From the NCBI GenBank assembly GCA_005879805.1, contig VBKL01000053.1, positions 93,520-157,519 on the forward strand: a DNA stretch of 64,000 nucleotides, in the 5' to 3' direction. Within the stretch, counting starts at the first letter, position 1. The number at the start of each line of letters is the position of its first letter. The stretch is from Deltaproteobacteria bacterium. GTDB taxonomy: Bacteria > Myxococcota > Myxococcia > Myxococcales > 40CM-4-68-19. The notes under the pieces were generated by a model that was not told the DNA's origin, did not search any database, and worked only from the letters and a program-made list of their open reading frames with translations. Positions 27,079 through 36,601 of the stretch are shown here, piece by piece. A program made the translations under genes and the position numbers.

Positions 27079-28378
27079 ACAGTTCCTCGGCGGGAAAGAG
27101 TGTGATCACGCGGTGCCCGTCCTTGGTCACGACGACCTCCTCTTCAATCCGCGCCGCCGAATGCCCGTCCTTCGCCGGGCAATAGGTCTCGAGAGCGAAG
27201 ACCATGCCTTCCTGGATCTCCATCGGCCGGTCGAAGGAGACTAGGCGGCTGATGATGGGCCGCTCGTGCAACGCGAGGCCGAGGCCGTGGCCGAACTGGA
27301 GCGCGAAGGCCTCCATCTCGTTGGCGAAGCCGAACTCCTCGGCCTTGGGCCAGCAGGCGGCGAGCTTGTCAGTCGTGACGCCGGGCTTCACCAGCTCGAT
27401 GGAGGCGTCCATCCATTCGCGGGCCTTGCGGTAGGCGTCCCTTTGCACGTCGGTCGCGCGGCCCACGTTGAAGGTCCGGTAATAGCAGGTCCGGTAACCG
27501 GTGAACGACTGGATGATGTCGAAGAACGCCTGGTCGCCCGGCCGGATGATGCGGTCGGTGAAGTTGTGCGGATGCGGGCTGCAGCGCTCGCCCGCGATGG
27601 CGTTGATCCCCTCGACGTCGTCGGAGCCCATCTCGTAGAGCGTCTTGTTGGCGAGCGCGACGATGTCGCACTCCCGGACGCCTGGCTTCAGGTGGTCGGA
27701 GATGACCTGGTACACGCCGTCGACCATCGCCGCCGACATGTTGAGGAGCATGATCTCGTCGACGTTCTTGATCTGGCGCGCGTCGAGCATCGTCTGCTGC
27801 GCGTCGCGTACTTCGAGCCCGGCATCGCGCAAGGCGAAGATCATCGGCAATTCTGCGATGTCGACGCCGATGGGCATCCCCGCGACGCCCTGCTCCTTGA
27901 GGATGGACTTGATCTCTTCCGCGGCGCGCTTGAAAAGGCCGACTTCCGGAGCGACGGAGCCGCGGAGGCCCACCATCCCGGCGAGGCAGTGATCTCGCGG
28001 AAGCCAGGGGGCGTACAGGCGGTGGTGGACGGCCGCGGAACCGAAATCCCACAGCCACGGCTCGCCGTTCCCGGTGAGGAGCGCGAACCGGCACATCTTG
28101 TCGCGCGACCATTCGCCGATGACTGTGCTGGTCAAGTAGCGGATGTTGTTGTTGTCGAAGCAAAGCACGGATCCGAGTTGCGATCCGGCGAGCGCTTGAC
28201 GCGCCCTGGCAAGCCGGTAGTCGTGCAGCCTGCGGAAGTTGACCCGCTCCTCGAAATCCACGGCGGAATGCCCGTGGGCGGGGATCTCCCGGCTCCAGTT
28301 GTAGCCGGGCTTCAAGGCCTCGCCGCCGAGGACCGTGTCCCTGGTGATCTCCTTGGGCTCGCGCGGATGGTCGGGCAT
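27059..28378 (-). CDS. M24-family metallopeptidase-fold hydrolase (creatinase/Xaa-Pro peptidase-like)
   Basis: 439 aa from ATG 28378. The pita-bread C-terminal domain has metal-ligand contexts FDIIQSF..GY, QFGHGLGL and ETY..IEEEV. Confidence 0.8.
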   Translation of the reverse strand: MPDHPREPKEITRDTVLGGEALKPGYNWSREIPAHGHSAVDFEERVNFRRLHDYRLARARQALAGSQLGSVLCFDNNNIRYLTSTVIGEWSRDKMCRFALLTGNGEPWLWDFGSAAVHHRLYAPWLPRDHCLAGMVGLRGSVAPEVGLFKRAAEEIKSILKEQGVAGMPIGVDIAELPMIFALRDAGLEVRDAQQTMLDARQIKNVDEIMLLNMSAAMVDGVYQVISDHLKPGVRECDIVALANKTLYEMGSDDVEGINAIAGERCSPHPHNFTDRIIRPGDQAFFDIIQSFTGYRTCYYRTFNVGRATDVQRDAYRKAREWMDASIELVKPGVTTDKLAACWPKAEEFGFANEMEAFALQFGHGLGLALHERPIISRLVSFDRPMEIQEGMVFALETYCPAKDGHSAARIEEEVVVTKDGHRVITLFPAEELFVANAY

Positions 28379-28502
28379 GCGAAGGCCTCGGGGCCGGAAA
28401 TTGCGCAAACGATTGCAGCCTTTCATTCCATGCCGCCCTTTGATGGTCAACGGGCACGGTCCCTGCTTGACCGCGAACTCCGGCGGCGGGTACGGTCGTC
28501 GG

Positions 28503-29168
28503 ATGTCGAAGCAACGCATCAGCTACGTCGATCCCGATAGCATCGCCGATCCGAAGATGAAGGCGGAGCTCGACCGCTGCCGGCGGGAAGGAACGCCGAG
28601 GCCGGAGAGCCAGGCGGTGCGCGCGCACGTGCCGGCCGTTTTCTGGTCGTTCACCGATACCTGGCGCGAAGTCTTCCACCACGGCGTGCTCGACCACAGC
28701 ATCAAGGAGCTTTGCCGCGTCTACGTCTCGCGATCGGTGAAGTGCGAGTACTGCGGCAACCAGCGCTCGGTGAAGTCGGCGAAGGCCGGGCTCACCGAGG
28801 CGCACTACCTCGACCTCCTCGAGTTCGAGTCCTCCAACCGCTTCGGCCCCCGCGAGAAGGCCGCCCTCGCCTATACCGAAGCGATCGTCTGGGACCTGGA
28901 AACCGACGACGCGATGTGGGATCGGCTGCGCGCCCACTTTACCGAGCCGGAGCTGGTCGAGCTCGGCTACTTCGTCGCCATCACCATGGGCCAGCAGCGG
29001 TGGTTGCGGACCCTGAACATCGACCACCACCAGGTGCTCGCCGGCACGTCCGCCTCGATGGCGCCGGGGATGGCAACCAAGGAAGAGCTCGAGCGCACCA
29101 AGGCGTCGGCGGACTACTGGGCGAAGAAGGATGCCGATTCCGGCCAGCGGCCTCCGGGCGCCGGCTGA
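28503..29168 (+). CDS. carboxymuconolactone decarboxylase/AhpD-like family protein
   Basis: 221 aa. LCRVYVSRSVKCEYCGNQR is the CMD-family CxxC context. Confidence 0.75.
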   Translation: MSKQRISYVDPDSIADPKMKAELDRCRREGTPRPESQAVRAHVPAVFWSFTDTWREVFHHGVLDHSIKELCRVYVSRSVKCEYCGNQRSVKSAKAGLTEAHYLDLLEFESSNRFGPREKAALAYTEAIVWDLETDDAMWDRLRAHFTEPELVELGYFVAITMGQQRWLRTLNIDHHQVLAGTSASMAPGMATKEELERTKASADYWAKKDADSGQRPPGAG

Positions 29169-29185
29169 GCCGGTCCGGCCGGCGC

Positions 29186-30004
29186 ATGCGAAACGCCATC
29201 GTGCAGCAAGACAGCTCCGGAGATCCGCCGCGCATCTCCGTATCCGGAGCGGGAATGCGCTACGGCGCTCTGCATGTCTTCAAGGACGTCAGCCTCACGG
29301 TGGGGCGGCGCGAGATCGTCTCCATCGTCGGTCCCTCGGGCTGCGGCAAGACCACCCTGCTCCGTTGCCTCGACGGCCTCATCCCGATGAGCGAAGGCGT
29401 CGTCCTCTTCGACGGCGCCGAGGTGAAGGGTCCACCGCCGAAGATGGCGATGGTGTTCCAGCATTTCGGGCTCTTCCCCTGGAAGACCGTGCGCGGAAAC
29501 GTCTCGTACGGGCTCGCAATGCAGGGTGCGTCGCGCGCGGAGATCGCGACGCGTGTCCCCGAGGTCATCCGCCTCGTCGGCCTCGAGGGCTTCGAGGAGG
29601 CCTATCCCTACCAGCTCTCGGGCGGCATGCAGCAGCGCTGCGGCCTCGCCCGCGCTCTCGCCGTGGATCCCGACGTCCTGCTCCTCGACGAGCCGTTCGC
29701 CGCCATCGACGCGCAGACCCGCGAGATCCTCCAGTTCGAGCTCTTGCGCATCTTCGGGCTCCGGCCGACCGCCATGGTCTTCGTCACCCATTCCATCGAG
29801 GAGGCGGTGCTGATGGGCGATCGGGTGGTGGTGTTGAAGGGGAAGCCGAGCTCGGTCGCGGAGGTCGTGGAGGTCACGCTGCCGCGCCCGCGCACCCGCG
29901 ACACGCTCGCCTCTCCGCGCTTCGCCGAGCTACGCGAGCACGTGTGGAAGACCTTGATGGACGAGGCACGCAGGGCGGAGTTCAGACTCGGGGGTCCTTC
30001 ATGA
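29186..30004 (+). CDS. ABC transporter ATP-binding protein (NitT/TauT family)
   Basis: Walker A GPSGCGKTT, signature LSGGMQQR, Walker B LLLDEP. Confidence 0.92.
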   Translation: MRNAIVQQDSSGDPPRISVSGAGMRYGALHVFKDVSLTVGRREIVSIVGPSGCGKTTLLRCLDGLIPMSEGVVLFDGAEVKGPPPKMAMVFQHFGLFPWKTVRGNVSYGLAMQGASRAEIATRVPEVIRLVGLEGFEEAYPYQLSGGMQQRCGLARALAVDPDVLLLDEPFAAIDAQTREILQFELLRIFGLRPTAMVFVTHSIEEAVLMGDRVVVLKGKPSSVAEVVEVTLPRPRTRDTLASPRFAELREHVWKTLMDEARRAEFRLGGPS

Positions 30005-30990
30005 GATCGATGTCGAGAGCGCTTTGCGGCGCGGCCATGGCCTTTGCCTCTGCGCCCGCATTCGCGGAAAAGCTCACGTTGGCGATGCCGGGCGTCCCGC
30101 CCGTCTTCGGCAGCGTCGTCACCTACGTCGCCAAGGAAGAGGGCTTCTTCAAGAAGCACGGCGTGGACGTCGAGGTGCGCAACTTCGACTCGGGCGCCGC
30201 GGCGGCCCAGGCGGTGGTGGCGGGGAGCATCGACGCCTCGCTGTCGCCCACTCCGGTGATCGTGCGCATGATCTCCAACGCCGGCGTCGATCTCGTCTCC
30301 TTCTACGGAATGCCGAACCCCGACTGGCTGCTCGGCTCCGTCGACCCTTCTCTCTCGAAGTGCCAGGACGTGAAGGGCCAGGGCGTCGGAGTGGACTCGA
30401 TCGGCGGCGCCCGCGCGGTGGCCCTCGAGCAGCTCATCCGGCCCTGCGGATTGAAGGTCGATCAGGTGAAGCTCGTGCCCCTCTCCACCAACGTCGGGGC
30501 GGCGATGCTCGCCGGTCAGCTCAAGCTCGGCGTGCTCCACCTCGACGACGTGCCCGTCCTCGAGGAGCAGCTCGGCAAGAAGCTCACCGTCGTGCAGTCG
30601 TTCAAGGACGTGAACCAGCGCAGCCACTACCTGGTGATGGTGGCGCTGCGCGACAAGCTGAAGGAGAAGCGCGACTCCTACGTGCGCCTGGTCGCAGCCC
30701 TCATCGACGCGACGAAGTTCACTCTCGACTCCAAGAACCTGGACCGCGTGGCGCAGATCGCCACGGTTACCGGACGGACGCCCAAGACGGCGAAAGAGAC
30801 GCTGCCGCTCTTTGTCCGCATCGAGCTGTGGCCGGCCGGGAACGACGGCCTCGGCAAGGACAACCTCGAGGCCGTAGTCGCCACCGAGAAGGAACTGGGC
30901 GGCATCAAGCCGGGGAAGACTCCCGTTGCCTACGAGAAGCTCGTCGATCGCACGGTGTGGAAGGACGCCAAGGCCCTCGCGGGCAAGTGA
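30001..30990 (+). CDS. ABC transporter substrate-binding protein (NMT1/SsuA-like), paralog 1
   Basis: The ATGA overlaps the ATPase stop. Signal peptide present. The sequence is clearly similar by eye to the next gene. Confidence 0.85.
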   Translation: MRSMSRALCGAAMAFASAPAFAEKLTLAMPGVPPVFGSVVTYVAKEEGFFKKHGVDVEVRNFDSGAAAAQAVVAGSIDASLSPTPVIVRMISNAGVDLVSFYGMPNPDWLLGSVDPSLSKCQDVKGQGVGVDSIGGARAVALEQLIRPCGLKVDQVKLVPLSTNVGAAMLAGQLKLGVLHLDDVPVLEEQLGKKLTVVQSFKDVNQRSHYLVMVALRDKLKEKRDSYVRLVAALIDATKFTLDSKNLDRVAQIATVTGRTPKTAKETLPLFVRIELWPAGNDGLGKDNLEAVVATEKELGGIKPGKTPVAYEKLVDRTVWKDAKALAGK

Positions 30991-30997
30991 GGCCCCG

Positions 30998-32008
30998 ATG
31001 ACCCGCAAAGCGATAAGTTTCCTCGCGCTGGTCCTGGTCGCATTGCCGGCCCGCGATGCGATGACCGCCGACGCGCCCGGGAAGATGACCATCGCCGTCC
31101 CCGGCATCCCGCCGGTGTTTTCGGGGCTCTTCGTCTACGTCGCCAAGGAAGAGGGCTTCTTCAAGGACCAGGGCCTCGACGTGGAGGTCCGGCCCTTCGA
31201 CTCGGGCGCGTCCGCAGCGCAGGCGGTGGTGGCGGGCAACGTCGACCTCTCGCTTTCGCCGACCGCGGCGATCGTGCGGATGATCTCCAATGCCGGGGTC
31301 GATCTCGTCGGCATCTACGGCCAGGAGCATCCCGACTGGCTCCTCGCCTCGGCCGACGGCAAGAGCAATAAGTGCGCGGACCTCAAGGATCAGCCGGTGG
31401 GCGTCGATTCGGTGGGAGGAGCCCGCGCCGCGGCGCTCGCCCAGTTCCTGCGGCCCTGCGGGCTCAAGGTCGATCAGGTGAAGCTCGTGAGCCTCAGCTC
31501 CAACGTCGGCGCCGCGATGATCGCGGGACAGATCAAGTTCGGGGTCCTCCACACCGACGACGTGCCGGTGCTCGAAGAGCAGATGAAGCGGAAGCTGACC
31601 ATCGTCTCCTCGATCCGCGACGTCGATCCCCACTCGCACTACAACCTGCTCGTCACGACACGGAACAACCTCAAGACGCGGCGCGACGCGTACGTGCGCG
31701 CCGTCGCCGGTCTCATGGAGGCCGCGAAGTACATCGCCGACCCGAAGAACGCCGACCGGGTGGCGAAGATCGCGACGGTGACCGGCCGGACCGAGAAGGT
31801 AGCGAAAGAGGCGCTGCGCACCTTCGTGCAGATCGACTTCTGGCCGGCCCGGGGCGACGGCCTCACCCGGGCGAATCTGGAGAAGGCGGTCAAGACCGAG
31901 CAGGATCTCGGCGGAATCAAGCCTGGCAAGGAGCCGGTGGGCTACGAACGGCTCGTCGATCGGAGCGTCTCCCGCGACGCGAGCTCGCTCGCCAGCAAGG
32001 GACGCTGA
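30998..32008 (+). CDS. ABC transporter substrate-binding protein (NMT1/SsuA-like), paralog 2
   Basis: Signal peptide MTRKAISFLALVLVALPA. It shares blocks such as PPVF..YVAKEEGFFK..DVEVR.FDSGA.AAQAVVAG and IVRMISNAGVDLV with paralog 1. Confidence 0.85.
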   Translation: MTRKAISFLALVLVALPARDAMTADAPGKMTIAVPGIPPVFSGLFVYVAKEEGFFKDQGLDVEVRPFDSGASAAQAVVAGNVDLSLSPTAAIVRMISNAGVDLVGIYGQEHPDWLLASADGKSNKCADLKDQPVGVDSVGGARAAALAQFLRPCGLKVDQVKLVSLSSNVGAAMIAGQIKFGVLHTDDVPVLEEQMKRKLTIVSSIRDVDPHSHYNLLVTTRNNLKTRRDAYVRAVAGLMEAAKYIADPKNADRVAKIATVTGRTEKVAKEALRTFVQIDFWPARGDGLTRANLEKAVKTEQDLGGIKPGKEPVGYERLVDRSVSRDASSLASKGR

Positions 32009-32013
32009 ACGCG

Positions 32014-32778
32014 ATGCGCCGCCCCGGGTCCGGCAAGGACCGCCTGGTCGTCCTCGCCAGCCTGGGCGCCGGAATCCTCCTCTGGGAATTCGGAACCCGC
32101 CGCCTGAGCCCTGCCGTCGCGGCGCCCTTCTCGGCCACCATGTCGCGTCTGTGGGAAATGACCGTGAGCGGCGAGCTGCCGACCACCTTGGTTGGATCGC
32201 TGGTGCTCTTCGCCGTGGGTCTCGGGATGGCGGTGGTGGTCGCCCTCCCTCTCGGCCTTCTCCTCGCGCGCCTGCCCGTCGTGCGCATCGCGCTCTCCGA
32301 CTACATCGCCCTCGGGAACGCGATGCCGATGGTGGCCCTCATCCCCTTCATCCTCTCGCTCTTCGGGCTCGACTTCGGGGCCAAGGTGCTGGTGGTGTTT
32401 CTCTTCGCCTTCTTCCCGGTGCTCTACAACACGGTCGAAGGCGCCCGCAGCATCCGGCCGGAGCTCATCGAGGTGGCCCGCTCGTTCCGCTCCGGCGAGT
32501 GGGCCATCTGGCGCGACGTGATGATCCCCGCCGCTTTCCCCTACGCGATGACCGGCGTGCGTCAGGCGATCGGACGCGCTCTCGTGGGAATGGTAGCCGC
32601 GGAATTCTTCCTCAGCGCGAGCGGGATCGGGCAGCTGCTCCTCATCTCGGCGCGGAACTTCGACACGGCCGGCCTGTTCGCCGCCGTCCTCGTCATCACC
32701 GTCCTCGGCTTCGCCCTCATGGGCCTCGGCCGGGCGCTCGAGGATCGCTTCACCGTCTGGCGGGGCACGGGGCGCTGA
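32014..32778 (+). CDS. ABC transporter permease (BPD inner-membrane component)
   Basis: 254 aa. The EAA-loop context is EVARSFRSGEWAIWRDVMIPAAFPY. Confidence 0.88.
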   Translation: MRRPGSGKDRLVVLASLGAGILLWEFGTRRLSPAVAAPFSATMSRLWEMTVSGELPTTLVGSLVLFAVGLGMAVVVALPLGLLLARLPVVRIALSDYIALGNAMPMVALIPFILSLFGLDFGAKVLVVFLFAFFPVLYNTVEGARSIRPELIEVARSFRSGEWAIWRDVMIPAAFPYAMTGVRQAIGRALVGMVAAEFFLSASGIGQLLLISARNFDTAGLFAAVLVITVLGFALMGLGRALEDRFTVWRGTGR

Positions 32779-33605
32779 TGCGGGCCGGGCCGGCGGCGAT
32801 CGGGCTCACGGCTTCCGCCTCCTCCCGGCCGCTCGGCCGGCGTCTCGCGGAATCGTCGGTCGCGCTCAAGCTCGCGGGCGGCGCCTTCGTCCTCGGGGCC
32901 TGGGAGATCGTCGTCCGGCTTCTGGCTCCGGCGTACGTGGCGAAGCCGAGCGGCATCTTCGCCGCCCTTCCCGGCGTGGTCACCAGCGCTCCGGTACTCG
33001 GCGCCGCCGGGATCACCCTCTCCGCGGTGGCCGAGGGCCTCGTCATCGCGGTCGTTTCCGGTGTCCTCGTCGGGCTCTTCATGGGCAGCCTCCGCCTCGC
33101 CGAGCGCGCGCTATCCCTCTACGTCAACGGGCTCTATGCCATGCCGATGGTGGCCATCGTCCCTCTGCTCACCATCTGGTTCGGCTACACCTCCGCGGCG
33201 CGTCTCGCCACCATCATCTTCGCTTCCTTCTTCCCTATCGCCATGAACGTCGCCGACGGCGCGCGCTCCGTTCCCGCCGAATATCTCGAGGTGGCGCGCG
33301 CCTGTCGGGCCCGCCCGCACCAGATCTGGTTCGGCATCACCTTGCCGTCGTCGCTGCCATACCTGATCGCCGGTATCCGGCTCGCGGTGGGGCGCGCCCT
33401 CGTCGGTGCAGTGGTGGCCGAATTCATCATTTCCGTCGATGGACTCGGCTTCTACATCCTCTTTCAGTCTCGGACTTTCCATCACAACGAGGCGCTCGTG
33501 GCGGTGCTCCTCCTGGCGGGTTTCGCGGTGGTGGTGGACGCCGCCATCGACTGGATCGTGCGCTCTCGCCTGCGCTGGTATCGGGCCGGCGAGAAGACGG
33601 CCTGA
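32778..33605 (+). CDS. ABC transporter permease, second subunit
   Basis: The start overlaps the previous stop (TGATG). EVARACRARPHQIWFGITLPSSLPY is the EAA-loop context. Confidence 0.88.
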   Translation: MRAGPAAIGLTASASSRPLGRRLAESSVALKLAGGAFVLGAWEIVVRLLAPAYVAKPSGIFAALPGVVTSAPVLGAAGITLSAVAEGLVIAVVSGVLVGLFMGSLRLAERALSLYVNGLYAMPMVAIVPLLTIWFGYTSAARLATIIFASFFPIAMNVADGARSVPAEYLEVARACRARPHQIWFGITLPSSLPYLIAGIRLAVGRALVGAVVAEFIISVDGLGFYILFQSRTFHHNEALVAVLLLAGFAVVVDAAIDWIVRSRLRWYRAGEKTA

Positions 33606-33708
33606 CGCAGCCCGGCAGGAGCGCTCCCGCCCAGCAGGACCGAGGGGTCTGGAATCTGGCGATCGATTTGTGCAATCGTTCGCACGCGTCCAACCCAAGG
33701 AGGCTGAC

Positions 33709-35289
33709 GTGACCGTAAGATCCTTCTCTCTCGTTGCGGCGCTCGTGCTCGTGCCTGCGATGGCACGCTCGGAAGCCGCTGCAGAACCCGCCGCCGCTCC
33801 CGCAGCCCCCGCCGCCGCTGCCGAACCCGCCGACCAGCAGACTCCGTCGGCAGGACCCGGCAGCTCGAGCAGCGTCGTCATTCCGCCCAAGCTGCAGGAG
33901 CGGACCGACTTCCAGCTCTCGCTCACCACCCTCGAGGCGCTGCGCAAGAAGGGCGCGATCACCGAGGACGAGTACAACTCGGCCCTGCGCGATCTGATCA
34001 GCGTAGGGCAGCGCGCCTCGTCCGCGCCGACTTTCGTGGTCGGCCGCTTCGTGACGACCCTCTACGGCTACCTGGAAGGCGACGTGATCCACGACAGCCA
34101 GCGCGCCGCCCTCGATTCCTACGGCGGAAACCCGACGCTGCAACTGCCCGGCACCTTCCTCGGCGACAACGGCAGGACCGTGTTCAGCTCACGGGGCACG
34201 CGGCTCGGCATGCGCTTCGCCGCGCCCGAGGTAAGCGGAATCCGCGTGCGCGCGAACTTCGAGATGGACTTCGTCGGCAATCAGCCCGGCACTCCCGCGA
34301 CGACTCCACCGACCACGGCGCGCACCATCAGCGAAGCGAACTTTTTCGCCAACGCCACTCCGCGCATCCGCATCGCCCTCGCCCAGGTCGACACCGACTT
34401 CGTGACGCTCTCCATCGGGCAGACCTGGAACCTGATGGCTTTCGCCGCGGCCTACCTGCCCACCAGCGTCCAGCCGCAGGGCCTGCCCGGACAGCTCTTC
34501 GGCAGGAACCCGCAGGTGCGCCTGAGCCACATCTTCGACGCCAAGGTGTTCTCCGTCGAGGCGGCCGCCGCGGCGGTGCGCTCTCCACAATTCGACGCGG
34601 AGATGCCTGACCTCCAGGGTGGCCTCAAGTTCAACATCAATGGCTGGACCGGCGTGCAATCGATCGGGTCGACGGCAACCGTAGTCAGCCCGGCTTCCAT
34701 CGCGGTCACCGGCAGCACGCGCAAGATCAAGATGGCGAGCGCCGTCTCGGGAGCGAATGCCTTGGCCTACGACACCGTGGTCGGCAACGTGGTGGCCCTC
34801 AACGCCTTCGTGCCCCTGATTCCGGCGAGCCAGCGCGGTCCGTTCGCCCTCTCGCTGCTCGGAGAGGCCTCCACCGGCACGGGGATGGCCGACCTCTTCA
34901 CCGGTCTGAGCGGAGGCGCGGCCATCGGTACGCCAATCGGCGTCACCGCGGCCAACTACGCCGGATTCACCGACATCGACGCCGGCATCGCGGGATTCAA
35001 CCGGGCCGGCAAGCTCGACACCGTCGACTTCCGCACCCTGCTCGTCGGCGCGCAGTTCTCGCTGGGGAAGGTCGTCCTCGCCGGCAGCTACAGCAACGTC
35101 TACTCGGACAACGCCCAGCAGTTCGCTGGGACGTGGAACCAGCAGGCCTGGTGGGACGCGAACCTCTTCGTCGATCCGTGGACGGGGGTGCGGTTCGGCC
35201 TCGAGTTCGCCCGCACCCTGCAGCGCAGGACCACCAACCAGCTCGCGAACAACTCCCGCGTGTTCTTCGGCACCTTCTTCCTCTTCTGA
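33709..35289 (+). CDS. outer-membrane porin-like beta-barrel protein
   Basis: AAGGAGG then GTG 33709. A signal peptide is followed by an Ala/Pro-rich linker and a short SHOCT-like segment (LRKKGAITEDEYNSALRDLI). Long alternating beta strands follow, ending ...RVFFGTFFLF. Confidence 0.75.
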   Translation: MTVRSFSLVAALVLVPAMARSEAAAEPAAAPAAPAAAAEPADQQTPSAGPGSSSSVVIPPKLQERTDFQLSLTTLEALRKKGAITEDEYNSALRDLISVGQRASSAPTFVVGRFVTTLYGYLEGDVIHDSQRAALDSYGGNPTLQLPGTFLGDNGRTVFSSRGTRLGMRFAAPEVSGIRVRANFEMDFVGNQPGTPATTPPTTARTISEANFFANATPRIRIALAQVDTDFVTLSIGQTWNLMAFAAAYLPTSVQPQGLPGQLFGRNPQVRLSHIFDAKVFSVEAAAAAVRSPQFDAEMPDLQGGLKFNINGWTGVQSIGSTATVVSPASIAVTGSTRKIKMASAVSGANALAYDTVVGNVVALNAFVPLIPASQRGPFALSLLGEASTGTGMADLFTGLSGGAAIGTPIGVTAANYAGFTDIDAGIAGFNRAGKLDTVDFRTLLVGAQFSLGKVVLAGSYSNVYSDNAQQFAGTWNQQAWWDANLFVDPWTGVRFGLEFARTLQRRTTNQLANNSRVFFGTFFLF

Positions 35290-35340
35290 AATCCGCCCCG
35301 GAGGCGGTCCCTCTCCGGGGGCCGCCTCGGCGGTGCCGCG

Positions 35341-35964
35341 ATGAAGCTCTACGAGGCGGTCCGGTCGTCGGCGTCGTTCCGCGTCCGGATCGCGCTCAAC
35401 TTGAAGTCGCTGCCGTACGAATCGGTCGTCCTCGATCTGCGCAAGGGCGCTCACCGGTCGCCGGATTACGCCCGCGTCAACCCCGCACAAGCGGTCCCTG
35501 CGCTCGTCGACGGGAGTCATACGCTCGCGCAGTCGATGGCCATCCTCGAGTACCTCGACGAGACCCATCCCCGCCCGCCGCTCCTGCCTGCGGCGCCCCT
35601 GGAGCGGGCACGAGTTCGCGGCATCTCGCAGCTCATCTCTTGCGACATCCATCCACTCGACAACTTGCGCGTGCTCTTCAGGCTCGAGAAAGAGCTTCAC
35701 CTCGACCAGTCGGCCATCGACGCGTGGTACCACCACTGGGTCCACGAGGGCTTCCGCGCCCTCGAGCAGATCCTCGCCGAACCCGCAACCGGCGAGTTCT
35801 GCCACGGCGACGCCCCGACGATGGCGGACTGCTGCCTCGTCCCGCAGGTCGTGAACGCCGTGCGCTTCAAGGTCGATCTGGGGAGCTATCCGCGCATCGT
35901 TCACATCCATGAAGCGTGCATGAGGATCGAGGCCTTTGGGAAGGCGCACCCAGACCGGCAGTGA
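35341..35964 (+). CDS. maiA: maleylacetoacetate/maleylpyruvate isomerase (zeta-class GST)
   Basis: SSASFRVRIALNLK is the zeta-GST signature context, with ..VNPAQAVPALVDG..LAQSMAILEYLDE. Confidence 0.88.
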   Translation: MKLYEAVRSSASFRVRIALNLKSLPYESVVLDLRKGAHRSPDYARVNPAQAVPALVDGSHTLAQSMAILEYLDETHPRPPLLPAAPLERARVRGISQLISCDIHPLDNLRVLFRLEKELHLDQSAIDAWYHHWVHEGFRALEQILAEPATGEFCHGDAPTMADCCLVPQVVNAVRFKVDLGSYPRIVHIHEACMRIEAFGKAHPDRQ

Positions 35965-36020
35965 AACTCTCGGCCCCTTCGCGTCGGCCCAGCTCGACGA
36001 AGTGAGGCCCGGCCGGCCGA

Positions 36021-36047
36021 TTGACAGTTCGGGCCGCCTGCGAGAAT
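36021..36047 (+). promoter_or_regulatory. candidate sigma-70 promoter for the tlpA-like/Sec-Prx pair
   Basis: A perfect TTGACA (36021-36026) is followed, 15-16 nt later, by GAGAAT/AGAATC. A perfect -35 hexamer is unusual in this GC-rich background. It would give a very short leader before ATG 36060. Confidence 0.3.
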
Positions 36048-36059
36048 CCTGCGCTCCTC

Positions 36060-36575
36060 ATGAGGCAACGGTCCTTGCGAGCGGGCCTGCTCCTCGCCAT
36101 CGGAATGGCTTTTGGCGTCCTCGCGCAAGACTCGGACGTCTTCATCCTGCGCGAGCATACGCCCGCTCCGGCGTTCTCCCTCCCCGATCTCTCCGGCAAG
36201 AAGTTCGACTCCAAAGCGCTCGCGGGAAAGGTCGCCGTGCTCAGCTTCGGCGCCACCTGGTGCTCGAGCTGCACGAGCGAGCTCAAGAGCCTGGAGAACC
36301 TGCAGGCGAAGTTCCCGAAGGATCTCACCGTCTACTTCGTCGCCATGGACGGCCGCGGAGAGAAGGACGTCAAACCGTACCTGGAAAAGCACGGACACAA
36401 GATCCGCACGCTCCTCGACCCGCAGATGGAAGTGGCACGACGGTACGGTGTCCGCTGGCTCCCGGTGACGGTGGTGCGCGACCGCAAAGGTGTCATCGTC
36501 GGCCGGGCCATCGGCGCGCGCGAGTGGGACGGGAAAGAGGCGCTCGCGTTCATACAGCCACTTACCGGACGATGA
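36060..36575 (+). CDS. exported TlpA/ResA-like thiol-disulfide oxidoreductase (WCSSC)
   Basis: Signal peptide MRQRSLRAGLLLAIGMAFGVLA|QD. PAPAFSLPDLSGKKFDS...VAVLSFGATWCSSCTSEL is the thioredoxin-fold motif. Confidence 0.85.
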   Translation: MRQRSLRAGLLLAIGMAFGVLAQDSDVFILREHTPAPAFSLPDLSGKKFDSKALAGKVAVLSFGATWCSSCTSELKSLENLQAKFPKDLTVYFVAMDGRGEKDVKPYLEKHGHKIRTLLDPQMEVARRYGVRWLPVTVVRDRKGVIVGRAIGAREWDGKEALAFIQPLTGR

Positions 36576-36601
36576 TCTTCACCTCGAGAAGGCGAGGTTC
36601 C

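Noticed and set aside
27059-28378. Calling the M24-fold protein a DMSP lyase (DddP) or ectoine hydrolase (DoeA)
   Set aside because: Only the general M24/creatinase architecture can be seen. Subfamily assignment needs an alignment I cannot run.
28503-29168. AhpD-like protein, and also the WCPYC redoxin at 6605..7291, as additional selenoproteins
   Set aside because: Their redox motifs are encoded with ordinary Cys codons and there is no in-frame TGA. Only the 36602..37144 gene has the UGA/SECIS combination.
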